The position numbers and the translations under genes were made by a program. 64,000 nucleotides of DNA from Treponema sp. (lineage in GTDB: Bacteria; Spirochaetota; Spirochaetia; Treponematales; Breznakiellaceae), in assembly GCA_009780855.1 (NCBI GenBank), contig WQZG01000009.1, positions 4,270-68,269 on the forward strand. The letters are read 5' to 3'. How positions within the stretch are numbered: the stretch's first letter is position 1; each line of letters opens with the position of its first letter. The notes under the pieces are model-generated. The model did no database searches. It had not been told where the DNA came from and worked only from the letters and a program-made list of their open reading frames with translations. Below, one piece after another: positions 19,997-27,960 of the stretch.

Positions 19997-20860
19997 TTAA
20001 CCATTCAGATATATATCTGCAATTTCCAAAAACTCTTCCGGGTAAAAACCGATTTCGCCGCTGAACCTTGTGAGCGCGATAAGGCCGCCGTCAATCTCCG
20101 GAATCGAAGCCAGCATTTTGGCGTTGTCCGTTTTTAAACCGCCGCCGTAAACAACCGGAATATCGGCTTTGCTTTTTATAAAACGCGCGATTTTTTCGAT
20201 GTAGGCGCGATCGGGCGGAGTTTTGCCGGGGCCGATTGCCCAGACAGGTTCGTACCCAATGACGAATTGGCGATCCGGAGCCGCGGAAAGCCCGGCTTCG
20301 ATTTGGGCCTCAAGCACCTCCTGCCAGTGATCCTGTTCCTCGGCTTTTTCGCCTATGCAGTAAAGCACTTCCAGGTTCCTCGCCCTGGCGGCGGCGACTT
20401 CTTTGCCAAGAATGCGGTTGACCGCGGCAGCGGCGGCGTCCGCGGAAACTCCGGCTTCCGCAAGAACCGCGGCCAGACTGCGGCGTTCTTCGCAGTGGCC
20501 GATAATCACCGATTTGCAGCCAAGAGCGGTCAATGCGGCCGCGGGCTTCGATGTTGTAAACGCGCCGAAGTTGCCGCCTTTGGCAAGATCGTCCCAATGA
20601 ACACCCTGGCAGCCGATCGTAACTGCGGACTTGCCGCCGGAGCCGGCTGTTACGGAAGCTGCAAAAGCAGCCGGAATTATATGAGCCTCGGGAAAGAAAA
20701 ATGTAAAGGAGGCGTCGCCTCTGTTATATTTTTCCAGCCCCGGATTTACACTGTTGATAATTGTTGCCGCCCATTTATCGGGAGCGGCGATCCGGTTTAC
20801 CCCGCCGAATTCAGCCGGAACATCAAACCGCTTGAGATTTACATAAATATATTTTTTCAT
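19997..20860 (-). CDS. Triose-phosphate isomerase family protein (long, divergent paralogue type)
   Basis: TIM catalytic pattern N-x-K ('VNLKRF'), His ('IGHCEERR' versus canonical GHSERR), Glu ('GYEPVWAIGPG') and 'YGGGL'. It is 287 aa, longer than canonical TpiA. Confidence 0.75.
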   Translation of the reverse strand: MKKYIYVNLKRFDVPAEFGGVNRIAAPDKWAATIINSVNPGLEKYNRGDASFTFFFPEAHIIPAAFAASVTAGSGGKSAVTIGCQGVHWDDLAKGGNFGAFTTSKPAAALTALGCKSVIIGHCEERRSLAAVLAEAGVSADAAAAAVNRILGKEVAAARARNLEVLYCIGEKAEEQDHWQEVLEAQIEAGLSAAPDRQFVIGYEPVWAIGPGKTPPDRAYIEKIARFIKSKADIPVVYGGGLKTDNAKMLASIPEIDGGLIALTRFSGEIGFYPEEFLEIADIYLNG

Positions 20861-20878
20861 TAATGGCCTCCCGATAAT

Positions 20879-22159
20879 TCACGTCGCGAATGTTAATTCG
20901 CGCGCCAGGTTGCGCTTGTACGATTCAACGCCGTTTTGATCGAACGGCTCGACTCCAAGAAACGCCGCGGAAAAATATGTTGAAAGCATCTGCATGTACA
21001 TAAATTCACCGATTGTTTCCTCGTCAACTTTATCCGCGGAAAACTTAAGTACGGGTACGCCGGCTCCGTAGTGAGCGTCCGATGTGGCTTTGGAAACAGC
21101 CGGGTTCAGACAGTCAAGGGATTTACCTTCAAGGTAAGAAAGTCCGTCGTCCCATGCGGAAGCAGGCAGATTAATTTTTTTGGGTTTAAAAAAGTCCAGG
21201 AAAGTTTCAAAGAAGAACCGGCCGCCTTCCTGATAATACTGGCCGATCGCGTGCAGGTCTTCGGAGAAGCAGGACATGGTCGGCAGTACAGCCTGGGTGT
21301 TCTTGCCTTCGGTTTCGCCGTGAAGCTGCAGCCACCAGCGGGCGAGCATCTGGAGAGAAGGCTCAAAATAGGAAAAGGCCTCTGCGGTAAAACCTTTTTG
21401 CCGCAGCAGATGGCGCGCGGCCGCATACCTGACTGACTCATGGCCGCCGGCGTCAGATTTGGCGCCGGACTTGAGCCGCAGCTCGGAATTCAGGCCGCCG
21501 CGCACGAATCCTTCTATGTCAGCGCCCATCACAGCCATGGGCAAAAGTCCGACCGCTGTAAAGGCCGAAAACCTTCCGCCGACCGCTGCCGGGAATTCGA
21601 AGAACGAGTAGCCGTTTGACTGCGCGATATCCGCGAGCTGGCCTTTGCCGTAACTGCCGGTAACCGTAATACGGCTGCTGTAAGAAGGGCCGTATTTTTT
21701 GTTCATCCAGGAACGGATCACGCGGAAAGCCAGAGCGGGTTCCAGGGTCGCGAAGTTCTTTGCTATGATGTTGGCGTAAACGCTTTTTCCTTCAAAGCTT
21801 TCCAGACAGTTGTTAATTTCGTTTGCTGAAAGGGTATTGCCCATGTAGAGGATCTTTGGCTTGCCTTTCCTATGGTATTCCATTCCTTCGATAACACTCT
21901 GGGCCGCCCTGTTCGATCCGCCGACGCCGGCAAGTATGAACACATCGGCGTCCCTTTTTATCTCCGCGGCTTTTACCCGGATTTTTTCCATAAGGGGAGC
22001 GCCGGTGTTCTCCGCAACTTTAAACCAGCCAAGAGCATCGGCCATTCCGTATTGGCCGGCAAGAACTTCAGTAATTATTTTTTTGTTGTCCGCGATAAAT
22101 TTATCAATCGCCCCGGAAGGCAAGGTTTTATCCAGTCCGGATTCGTCAAATTTTATCAT
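20879..22159 (-). CDS. pgi: Glucose-6-phosphate isomerase (short bacterial type)
   Basis: 'ILAGVGGSNRAAQ', 'GGRFSAFTAVGLLP', 'GETEGK'. This is the SIS-domain PGI pattern. Confidence 0.8.
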   Translation of the reverse strand: MIKFDESGLDKTLPSGAIDKFIADNKKIITEVLAGQYGMADALGWFKVAENTGAPLMEKIRVKAAEIKRDADVFILAGVGGSNRAAQSVIEGMEYHRKGKPKILYMGNTLSANEINNCLESFEGKSVYANIIAKNFATLEPALAFRVIRSWMNKKYGPSYSSRITVTGSYGKGQLADIAQSNGYSFFEFPAAVGGRFSAFTAVGLLPMAVMGADIEGFVRGGLNSELRLKSGAKSDAGGHESVRYAAARHLLRQKGFTAEAFSYFEPSLQMLARWWLQLHGETEGKNTQAVLPTMSCFSEDLHAIGQYYQEGGRFFFETFLDFFKPKKINLPASAWDDGLSYLEGKSLDCLNPAVSKATSDAHYGAGVPVLKFSADKVDEETIGEFMYMQMLSTYFSAAFLGVEPFDQNGVESYKRNLARELTFAT

Positions 22160-22184
22160 TTAAATTCCCCAATTTATATCCCAA

Positions 22185-23351
22185 TTAATTCCCAAGATAC
22201 GCGTACTCCGGCATGGGCAGGTCGACAAGGGGCCGGCAGTAGGCGGCGAAATCTTCGGTAAAACCAAGACCGGGTCCCTTAAGCCATTTGTCCGGGAACT
22301 TCTGTTCGACGTTGGCGACTTTCTCCAGCGGAACCAGGGTCATTTTCGAAATGTAACGCGGGCTCCGCTCGGCTGTTATCGCTACCATAAAACCGGTTTT
22401 GCCTTCGGCCGCGTTCTTTACCGCAAAGGCGCCGGCATCGTAGGCTTCCTTCCTGTCAACTTCTGAAACACAGGCCATGCTTACACGGCCAAGGAGACCG
22501 GGTTTTTCCGAACGGGACTTGATATTGAGTTCGCCGATAATAAGGTCTGTTACGGCCTGCGCCGCCCCTCCCGCGATAATGTGTCCGAATCCGTCCTTAA
22601 TGCCGGTATCGCCGTAAGGCGTTCCCTTTTCATCCTTGATACCTTCGCTAACCGCGACAAGAACGCCGCGTTTCTTTTTCCAGGCCGCCTCGATTTGCCC
22701 AAGAAGGGTTTTGCGATCATGCAGATGCTCAGGCAGGCAGACCATAAACTCGCAGGGCATGGCTTTTTGGAAAAGGCCGCAGGCTGCGGTAATCCATCCG
22801 GCGTTGCGGCCCATGGCCTCCATTGTCACCACGTGAATCGGCAGCGAGGCAGCGTCCATGGCGAGCTCAAGCGCGCTGATAGCGGCGTACCGCGCGGCGC
22901 TCCCGTAGCCGGGAGAGTGATCGGTTTCGGCAAGATCGTTGTCGATGGTTTTGGGAATACCTATCACGTTCAGCTCAAAACCGGATTTTTGCGCAAGCAG
23001 GCTGATCTGGTTGCAGGTGTCCATTGAGTCGTTCCCGCCGTTATAAAAAAACCAGCGGATATCGTTCTTCCTAAAACACTCAAGCACTTTTGGATAATCA
23101 TCGGCAGCCAGTTTCCTCCGGCAGCTTCCCAGGGCCGACGCCGGAGTCTGCCCCAGCTTCGCGATAACGCCGGCCGGGGTCCCGGTCAGATCCATCAAAT
23201 CGTTATTCAGAATACCTTCGGCCCCGAAGCGCGCGCCAAAGATTTTTTTAATTGCGCCGTGTTTTCTTGCTTCCTCAACCGCGCCCTGCAGCGAACTGTT
23301 TATGACCGGAGTCGGCCCGCCGCCGTGGGCGACAAACATGTTTGCGCTCAT
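22185..23351 (-). CDS. Phosphofructokinase family enzyme, PPi-dependent-type signature
   Basis: 'GGGPTPVIN', 'NGGNDSMDT', 'IPKTIDNDL', 'MGRNAG'. Asp and Lys occupy the positions equivalent to E. coli PfkA Gly104 and Gly124, the known PPi-type discriminators. Confidence 0.8.
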   Translation of the reverse strand: MSANMFVAHGGGPTPVINSSLQGAVEEARKHGAIKKIFGARFGAEGILNNDLMDLTGTPAGVIAKLGQTPASALGSCRRKLAADDYPKVLECFRKNDIRWFFYNGGNDSMDTCNQISLLAQKSGFELNVIGIPKTIDNDLAETDHSPGYGSAARYAAISALELAMDAASLPIHVVTMEAMGRNAGWITAACGLFQKAMPCEFMVCLPEHLHDRKTLLGQIEAAWKKKRGVLVAVSEGIKDEKGTPYGDTGIKDGFGHIIAGGAAQAVTDLIIGELNIKSRSEKPGLLGRVSMACVSEVDRKEAYDAGAFAVKNAAEGKTGFMVAITAERSPRYISKMTLVPLEKVANVEQKFPDKWLKGPGLGFTEDFAAYCRPLVDLPMPEYAYLGN

Positions 23352-23360
23352 GATTTTTCC

Positions 23361-24515
23361 TTACTGGTTTTTATAGAACTCCCGCATCTGCGCGAGTGTT
23401 TTTATTTCAACATCATCGGCATGGCCGAAAGAACCAAACTGAATGATCAAGGTCCCGACGACTTCCCGCACGCCTTTTTTTACCAGATCCACAAGATCCA
23501 GAATATCGCCGTCTTTGATATCAAACTCAACGATCATCTGGTTCATTACAGGAGGAAGGAAAACCCTGGGGTCGAACTTGTCGGGATTTTTATCCATCAG
23601 TTCCCAGACCGGGCCTACCGACGGACTCTTCTTTTTTTCAGGATACTTGGTAAAGTACTCCCTGAAGTTGCGCGTAACGGCAAGCCTTATGTCTGTATCA
23701 ACGTTGATCTTGCGGATACCGTGCGGAATTACGGCGGTGAGCTCATCGATGGGAATTCCGCTCGCGTCCTTTATGGCGCCGCCCAGGGCGTTGATTCGGT
23801 TGACGACATAGCGGGGGACCGAAGATGATCCGTGCGATACCAGAAGGGCAGTAATGCCGCGGTAACGCAGGTTCTCCGTCGTCGCAATCGCGATCTCCTT
23901 GCGGAGTTTTACATCCGGACCTTTTACCGCGCCGTGCTGGGTTCCGTAGGAAATTGCCAGACAGTCGACTCCGGTCTTTTCCATAAACTCGCAGGCTACG
24001 GTCGGATCGGTGTAGTTGGATTTTTCGGCGGAAACATGATCTTCCACACCGGCAAGCACGCCGAGTTCTCCTTCGACAGTGACGCCCAGCGGATGCGCGT
24101 ACTTTACAACTTCGCGGGTCAGCTCGACATTGTCATGGAATGGCATCGAAGAACCGTCGATCATGACGGAGGTATAGCCGCCGTCAATCGCGGCCTTTAC
24201 GGAATCAACGTCCTTGCCGTGATCAAGGTGAAGGGCCACCGGGATTTCGGCGTCTTTGGCGTAACGGTAGACAGCGTCAGCAATACGTTTTGCGCCCAAA
24301 CGTTTGTCCTCGACAGTACCTTTGGCAAAATCACCCCTGCCGCCCATAAAGGCGTTGGCAAGGTCAGCGCCCTGGATAATGGCGGCGCTGCGGAACATCT
24401 CGTGCACCTCGATAATGGCTTTTGCCTGGGCGACGGTGTTTACGTTAAAAGCTCCCTGGGCATACCCGCCCCGGGCAGCGGCATCCAGAATCGGACGCAT
24501 AGGCATAATCGGCAT
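23361..24515 (-). CDS. Class II ketose-bisphosphate aldolase (FBA/tagatose-bisphosphate aldolase family) with C-terminal extension
   Basis: 'GYAQGAFNVN', 'VALHLDHG', 'SVMIDGS', 'VEGELG', 'AISYGTQHG'. GGAGGA RBS. Confidence 0.8.
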   Translation of the reverse strand: MPIMPMRPILDAAARGGYAQGAFNVNTVAQAKAIIEVHEMFRSAAIIQGADLANAFMGGRGDFAKGTVEDKRLGAKRIADAVYRYAKDAEIPVALHLDHGKDVDSVKAAIDGGYTSVMIDGSSMPFHDNVELTREVVKYAHPLGVTVEGELGVLAGVEDHVSAEKSNYTDPTVACEFMEKTGVDCLAISYGTQHGAVKGPDVKLRKEIAIATTENLRYRGITALLVSHGSSSVPRYVVNRINALGGAIKDASGIPIDELTAVIPHGIRKINVDTDIRLAVTRNFREYFTKYPEKKKSPSVGPVWELMDKNPDKFDPRVFLPPVMNQMIVEFDIKDGDILDLVDLVKKGVREVVGTLIIQFGSFGHADDVEIKTLAQMREFYKNQ

Positions 24516-24708
24516 AACTTTCCTCCAATAATTTATTTTAGTTTTTTCTCACAGAGCCACAAAGTACACAAAGAACACGAAGGAAGATAAAAAACAAGAA
24601 ATAAAAGATAAAGAATACTTCTTTATTCACTTCTATCTCTTTCCTGCTCTGTGTCCTCTGTGTTCTCACGAACCGCAGGTTCGATGCCTCCGTGAGAATA
24701 AATTACAA
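24516..24708. repeat. Structured intergenic element with inverted CACAGAG/CTCTGTG-type arms and nested hairpins
   Basis: The left arm 'TCTCACAGAGCCACAAAGTACACAAAGAACACGAAGG' is inverted relative to the right arm 'GCTCTGTGTCCTCTGTGTTCTCACG'. The right end has 'TCTCACG-N20-CGTGAGA' enclosing 'CGAACC-GCA-GGTTCG'. Confidence 0.5.
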
Positions 24709-26178
24709 CTAAAGTGCTTTGCTGATGGTTCCTCCGTAGGGGTCATTTTTTAAACACAGGTGAACTGCGCCGGTGGTAAATGTTTTGGGCAGAGCGAGAA
24801 TTGCCGGGTTTTGCGGCAGGTATTTTTTCTGCGCGTCGGCCAGAGCTTCGTCAAAAGTTGCCCGGGTCTTAAGCCCCATTCCGCGGGCAATGCCTGTGTC
24901 TCGGGCGCCGACGATATAGATTGCGGCGGTGTTGGATTCGGCAAGGTGGCCGCAGGACATCATCGAGAAACCGTGGAAGGGATGGAAGGCGCCGGCAAAA
25001 CGGTATTTGCGGATGTATTCGGCGTTGGTCGCGTAATACTCGCCGTAACGGTCGAGGTCCGGCAAGGTGTTCATGTAGTCGCGGCCAAAGGCGTCATAAA
25101 GTTCCCTGGTGTAGGGCCACAGTTCATCGTGGAAATAACCGCTGCAGACGGAAGAACAGATAATCACACAGCGGTCGCTCATCACCCTTTTGTGCCGGAT
25201 TACCTGCGCACTTAACGCCTGCATCAGCATTATGGGATTGGTGCCCATTCCGTCTCCGTAATGGAAGGACTGCGGCATGCCAAAAACCATTAGGTCGTAT
25301 TTCTTCTGCGCGAACGGAACGTAGGTGCGCTTGTCCGCGATTTTCCAGCTCTGCGGCTCTATCTGCGCGGCGTATCCGGAGTAGATCGCGATCTGGCGGG
25401 CTTTTGTGTCCAGCACCGCGTCGCAGCAGAAAAACTTTTTACCCATGCGTTTTTCCATGTGCATGCCGATTTCGTCAAACTTGGTCCGCATGGCATTGGA
25501 ACCGGATACAGGGACAAACTCCTGTTTGTGCATCACTTTTGGCGTGTGGTGGCTTGCGATGCTGCGCCAGTGGGTAATGCCGGTTGTGCAGTGTTTGTAG
25601 CCGCCCGAATAACCGCCGTAGGGGTTTCCCTGGACGTGCCCGATCAAAACGGCTACATCGGCTTCGTAAACATACTTGTTCATGATCACCGGATCGCCGG
25701 CTTCTGTAGTACCCAGATCGATTAAGTGATCCCAGTCTTCGCTGTCGTGGTTTATGATTTGTCCTGAATACCAAAACTCGTCAAACAGCGCCTGTCCCAG
25801 AATTCCCCGAATTTCTTTTTCGGTATTTTTAGAATGCAGTCCGTTGGAGCAGATTAAAAGAACGTCTTTCTTCTGAACGCCGGCAGCGTAAAGTTCTTCC
25901 AGTACCAGCGGTATGCTCATCTTGCGGTGCGATGACGCCTGTTCGCCGCCCTTTACGCGGTCCGGGAAAACGATGACGCATTTGCTGCCCTTGTGCGCGA
26001 GCTGCGAAAGCGGCGGCATTCCGATTGGATTATGCAGACTCTGCAGGTAAGCTTCCTTTAGTTTGTCTTCGGGAATAAAAGCGGGATCCGGGATAGTCTC
26101 TCCCGGAATAAAAACATCGGTATTGTCCGGCAGATTGGCTTTTAAAAAACCGTTGCCGTATTCCAAATCAAGCTGCAC
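24709..26178 (-). CDS. LarA-like (DUF2088) nickel-pincer-cofactor-dependent racemase/epimerase family protein
   Basis: N-terminal 'QLDLEYGNGFLKANLP' and 'GHVQGNPYGGYSGGYKHCTTGI', resembling the LarA H-x-GFSGG-x-K cofactor-lysine region. I place the start at GTG 26178 (AGGAGG 6 nt upstream) rather than TTG 26208. Confidence 0.7.
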   Translation of the reverse strand: MQLDLEYGNGFLKANLPDNTDVFIPGETIPDPAFIPEDKLKEAYLQSLHNPIGMPPLSQLAHKGSKCVIVFPDRVKGGEQASSHRKMSIPLVLEELYAAGVQKKDVLLICSNGLHSKNTEKEIRGILGQALFDEFWYSGQIINHDSEDWDHLIDLGTTEAGDPVIMNKYVYEADVAVLIGHVQGNPYGGYSGGYKHCTTGITHWRSIASHHTPKVMHKQEFVPVSGSNAMRTKFDEIGMHMEKRMGKKFFCCDAVLDTKARQIAIYSGYAAQIEPQSWKIADKRTYVPFAQKKYDLMVFGMPQSFHYGDGMGTNPIMLMQALSAQVIRHKRVMSDRCVIICSSVCSGYFHDELWPYTRELYDAFGRDYMNTLPDLDRYGEYYATNAEYIRKYRFAGAFHPFHGFSMMSCGHLAESNTAAIYIVGARDTGIARGMGLKTRATFDEALADAQKKYLPQNPAILALPKTFTTGAVHLCLKNDPYGGTISKAL

Positions 26179-27421
26179 CAAAAACCTCCTCTCCGATTTT
26201 GCGGACAATCTCCACCCAGCGGATCATATTCTGCGGTTTGGCCGCGATAGTTTCAACGTCCTTGAGTGTAATGTCAAAGGGACAATTAAATTCCTTTAAA
26301 ATCTGATAATCCCGTCTTATTATTTTACTGACCAAATCCTCGTCCAGGCCGCCTGCGATCATGTCGGTGGGTTTGGGCCGGTAGGACGCAACATAATCAG
26401 GACCGATAAGCTCTGCGCATTTGCGCACATCGGAGAACGGGGTGATAGCTATGCGCCTCATGTTCTTTATTTTTTTAAGGAGCGGTATTTTGGTGTTCAT
26501 GTCTTCGCAGCAGCCGTAGGCGGATAGACCAAACCGTTCCATTATGGGCTTTTGGTACTGGAGCATAAATTCATCGTAGAGCTCCGGGCCGATTCCGGTA
26601 AATTCCTGGGAAGCCATAAAGACCCACAAATCTGACGGGCCCCGGACTTTATTTTGGGGAACCGGATCCGGGAGTCCTCCGCCGTATGCCATAGCCTGGT
26701 TGTCGCTGTTGAACGCGCGGAAGCTGCCGGCTTTTTCTGTTTTATCAATATCTTCCAGTACAGTGTCCCGCATGATCGTAACAAAACGGTGAAACCATTC
26801 CGGCCGGTCGTACACGTCCCACATTATCTGTTCCAGGCCGCGCAGTTTGGCTATGTCGGTGGAAATGTCCCTGTGCCACTGCTCGCAAAAAACGCCAACC
26901 CGGCTGCAGACCACATCAAGGACGCCGTCCATGTCCGGGCCCAGGGCGTCCTTTACTTTTTCTATCCGTTCCGCCGTTGCTTTTTCGTCAATTTCAAATT
27001 TGGCAGGTTTTATCCTGGCCAGATCTTCTTCATTTTTAATGGGAGGATCAAAGGCGGCCGCGCCGAACTGCGCAGTTTTTTCGCCAAGGGCGCAGGGAAC
27101 GCCCCAGCGGTCTTTTTCGTCAATATTTAAAACTGCCCTTACCGATATCCACGGCTCAAAAATATAATCATCTATGAGTTTCTGCCTGTAAATAACGGAT
27201 TCCGCGAACATTCTTTCAATACCGCGCAGCAGGCGGTCTTCACTTTTGACCGCCGAATAATCAAAGAATTCCCAATACGGAATTTTGCGCACATAAATGG
27301 CGGGCCGGCTGAACTTAAGGCTGTTGAGGTCTCTCCAGAGCCGCCTTTTTTGTTCCTGCGCAGGACTGTGTGCAAGTTCGGCGTATTGTTTGGCGAATTC
27401 ACGGAAAGATTCGTGCTTCAT
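26168..27421 (-). CDS. Hypothetical protein; the C-terminal half is vaguely URO-D/MtaA-like TIM barrel
   Basis: Long clean ORF overlapping the LarA-like start by 11 nt. No diagnostic motif recognised. The ATG at 27421 ('MKHESF') is preferred over the upstream GTG at 27487, but neither has a good RBS. Confidence 0.5.
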   Translation of the reverse strand: MKHESFREFAKQYAELAHSPAQEQKRRLWRDLNSLKFSRPAIYVRKIPYWEFFDYSAVKSEDRLLRGIERMFAESVIYRQKLIDDYIFEPWISVRAVLNIDEKDRWGVPCALGEKTAQFGAAAFDPPIKNEEDLARIKPAKFEIDEKATAERIEKVKDALGPDMDGVLDVVCSRVGVFCEQWHRDISTDIAKLRGLEQIMWDVYDRPEWFHRFVTIMRDTVLEDIDKTEKAGSFRAFNSDNQAMAYGGGLPDPVPQNKVRGPSDLWVFMASQEFTGIGPELYDEFMLQYQKPIMERFGLSAYGCCEDMNTKIPLLKKIKNMRRIAITPFSDVRKCAELIGPDYVASYRPKPTDMIAGGLDEDLVSKIIRRDYQILKEFNCPFDITLKDVETIAAKPQNMIRWVEIVRKIGEEVFGAA

Positions 27422-27499
27422 AGATGAACAGTATATTGATAACCCTGCGGCCATGCAACTGTACAATTTTCGTGCACTGATATACACCAGAAAAGCTTC

Positions 27500-27820
27500 T
27501 TATGTTATTTTTTTTATTGCCCTGTCAAATTCGATTGAAATCCTGTCAAGAAAATCAGCTTTTACAGGATTTATCAATTCCGCCTGTCCGGGTTTTGGCA
27601 ATGATTCTGGCGAATCATCATAGAACAACAGGTATGGTTCAATTCCCAAAGCATCTGCAATTTTTCCAATAAATAAAAATGACGGATTCCCGTTTGCACT
27701 TTCAAGCTGTCTGATATAGGTATAACTTGTTCCGCAGCGTTCCGCCAGGGCTTTCTGGGAAAGGCCTTTTGCCTTGCGCCATTTTTTTAAATTGTAGATA
27801 AAAAGCCGGGTTATATCCAT
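27500..27820 (-). CDS. XRE family helix-turn-helix transcriptional regulator
   Basis: 'LKKWRKAKGLSQKALAERCGTSYTYIRQLESANGNPSFLFIGKIADALGIEPYLLF'. Confidence 0.85.
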   Translation of the reverse strand: MDITRLFIYNLKKWRKAKGLSQKALAERCGTSYTYIRQLESANGNPSFLFIGKIADALGIEPYLLFYDDSPESLPKPGQAELINPVKADFLDRISIEFDRAIKKIT

Positions 27821-27863
27821 CTAACGTATGTTATTAACGAACATTTTACCTCAAAAGGTACGC

Positions 27864-27892
27864 TTGACACGAACTTTTTTTTAAAATAAGAT
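27864..27892 (+). promoter_or_regulatory. Candidate sigma70-type promoter for the BACON lipoprotein gene
   Basis: TTGACA (27864-27869), a 17-nt spacer, then TAAGAT (27887-27892), about 70 nt upstream of the ATG at 27961. Confidence 0.4.
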
Positions 27893-27960
27893 CGTTAAAA
27901 GCTAACTTTATTTTAAATCCTGCAAGAATTTTTCAAAAAATAACATAAAGGAAATTGAGA

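Noticed and set aside
20267-20863. 198-aa plus-strand ORF; also 23832-24590 (+, 252 aa) and 24760-25215 (+).
   Set aside because: These are shadow ORFs opposite the TIM-like, aldolase and LarA-like genes in a GC-richer region. No motifs are present.
24660-24700. A tRNA T-arm-like 'GCAGGTTCGATGCCTCC' flanked by 'TCTCACG'/'CGTGAGA', which might be a tRNA or tRNA fragment.
   Set aside because: There is no D-arm or anticodon arm, and the 5' acceptor-like strand is only about 20 nt away. I treated it as part of the structured intergenic element, not as a tRNA gene.
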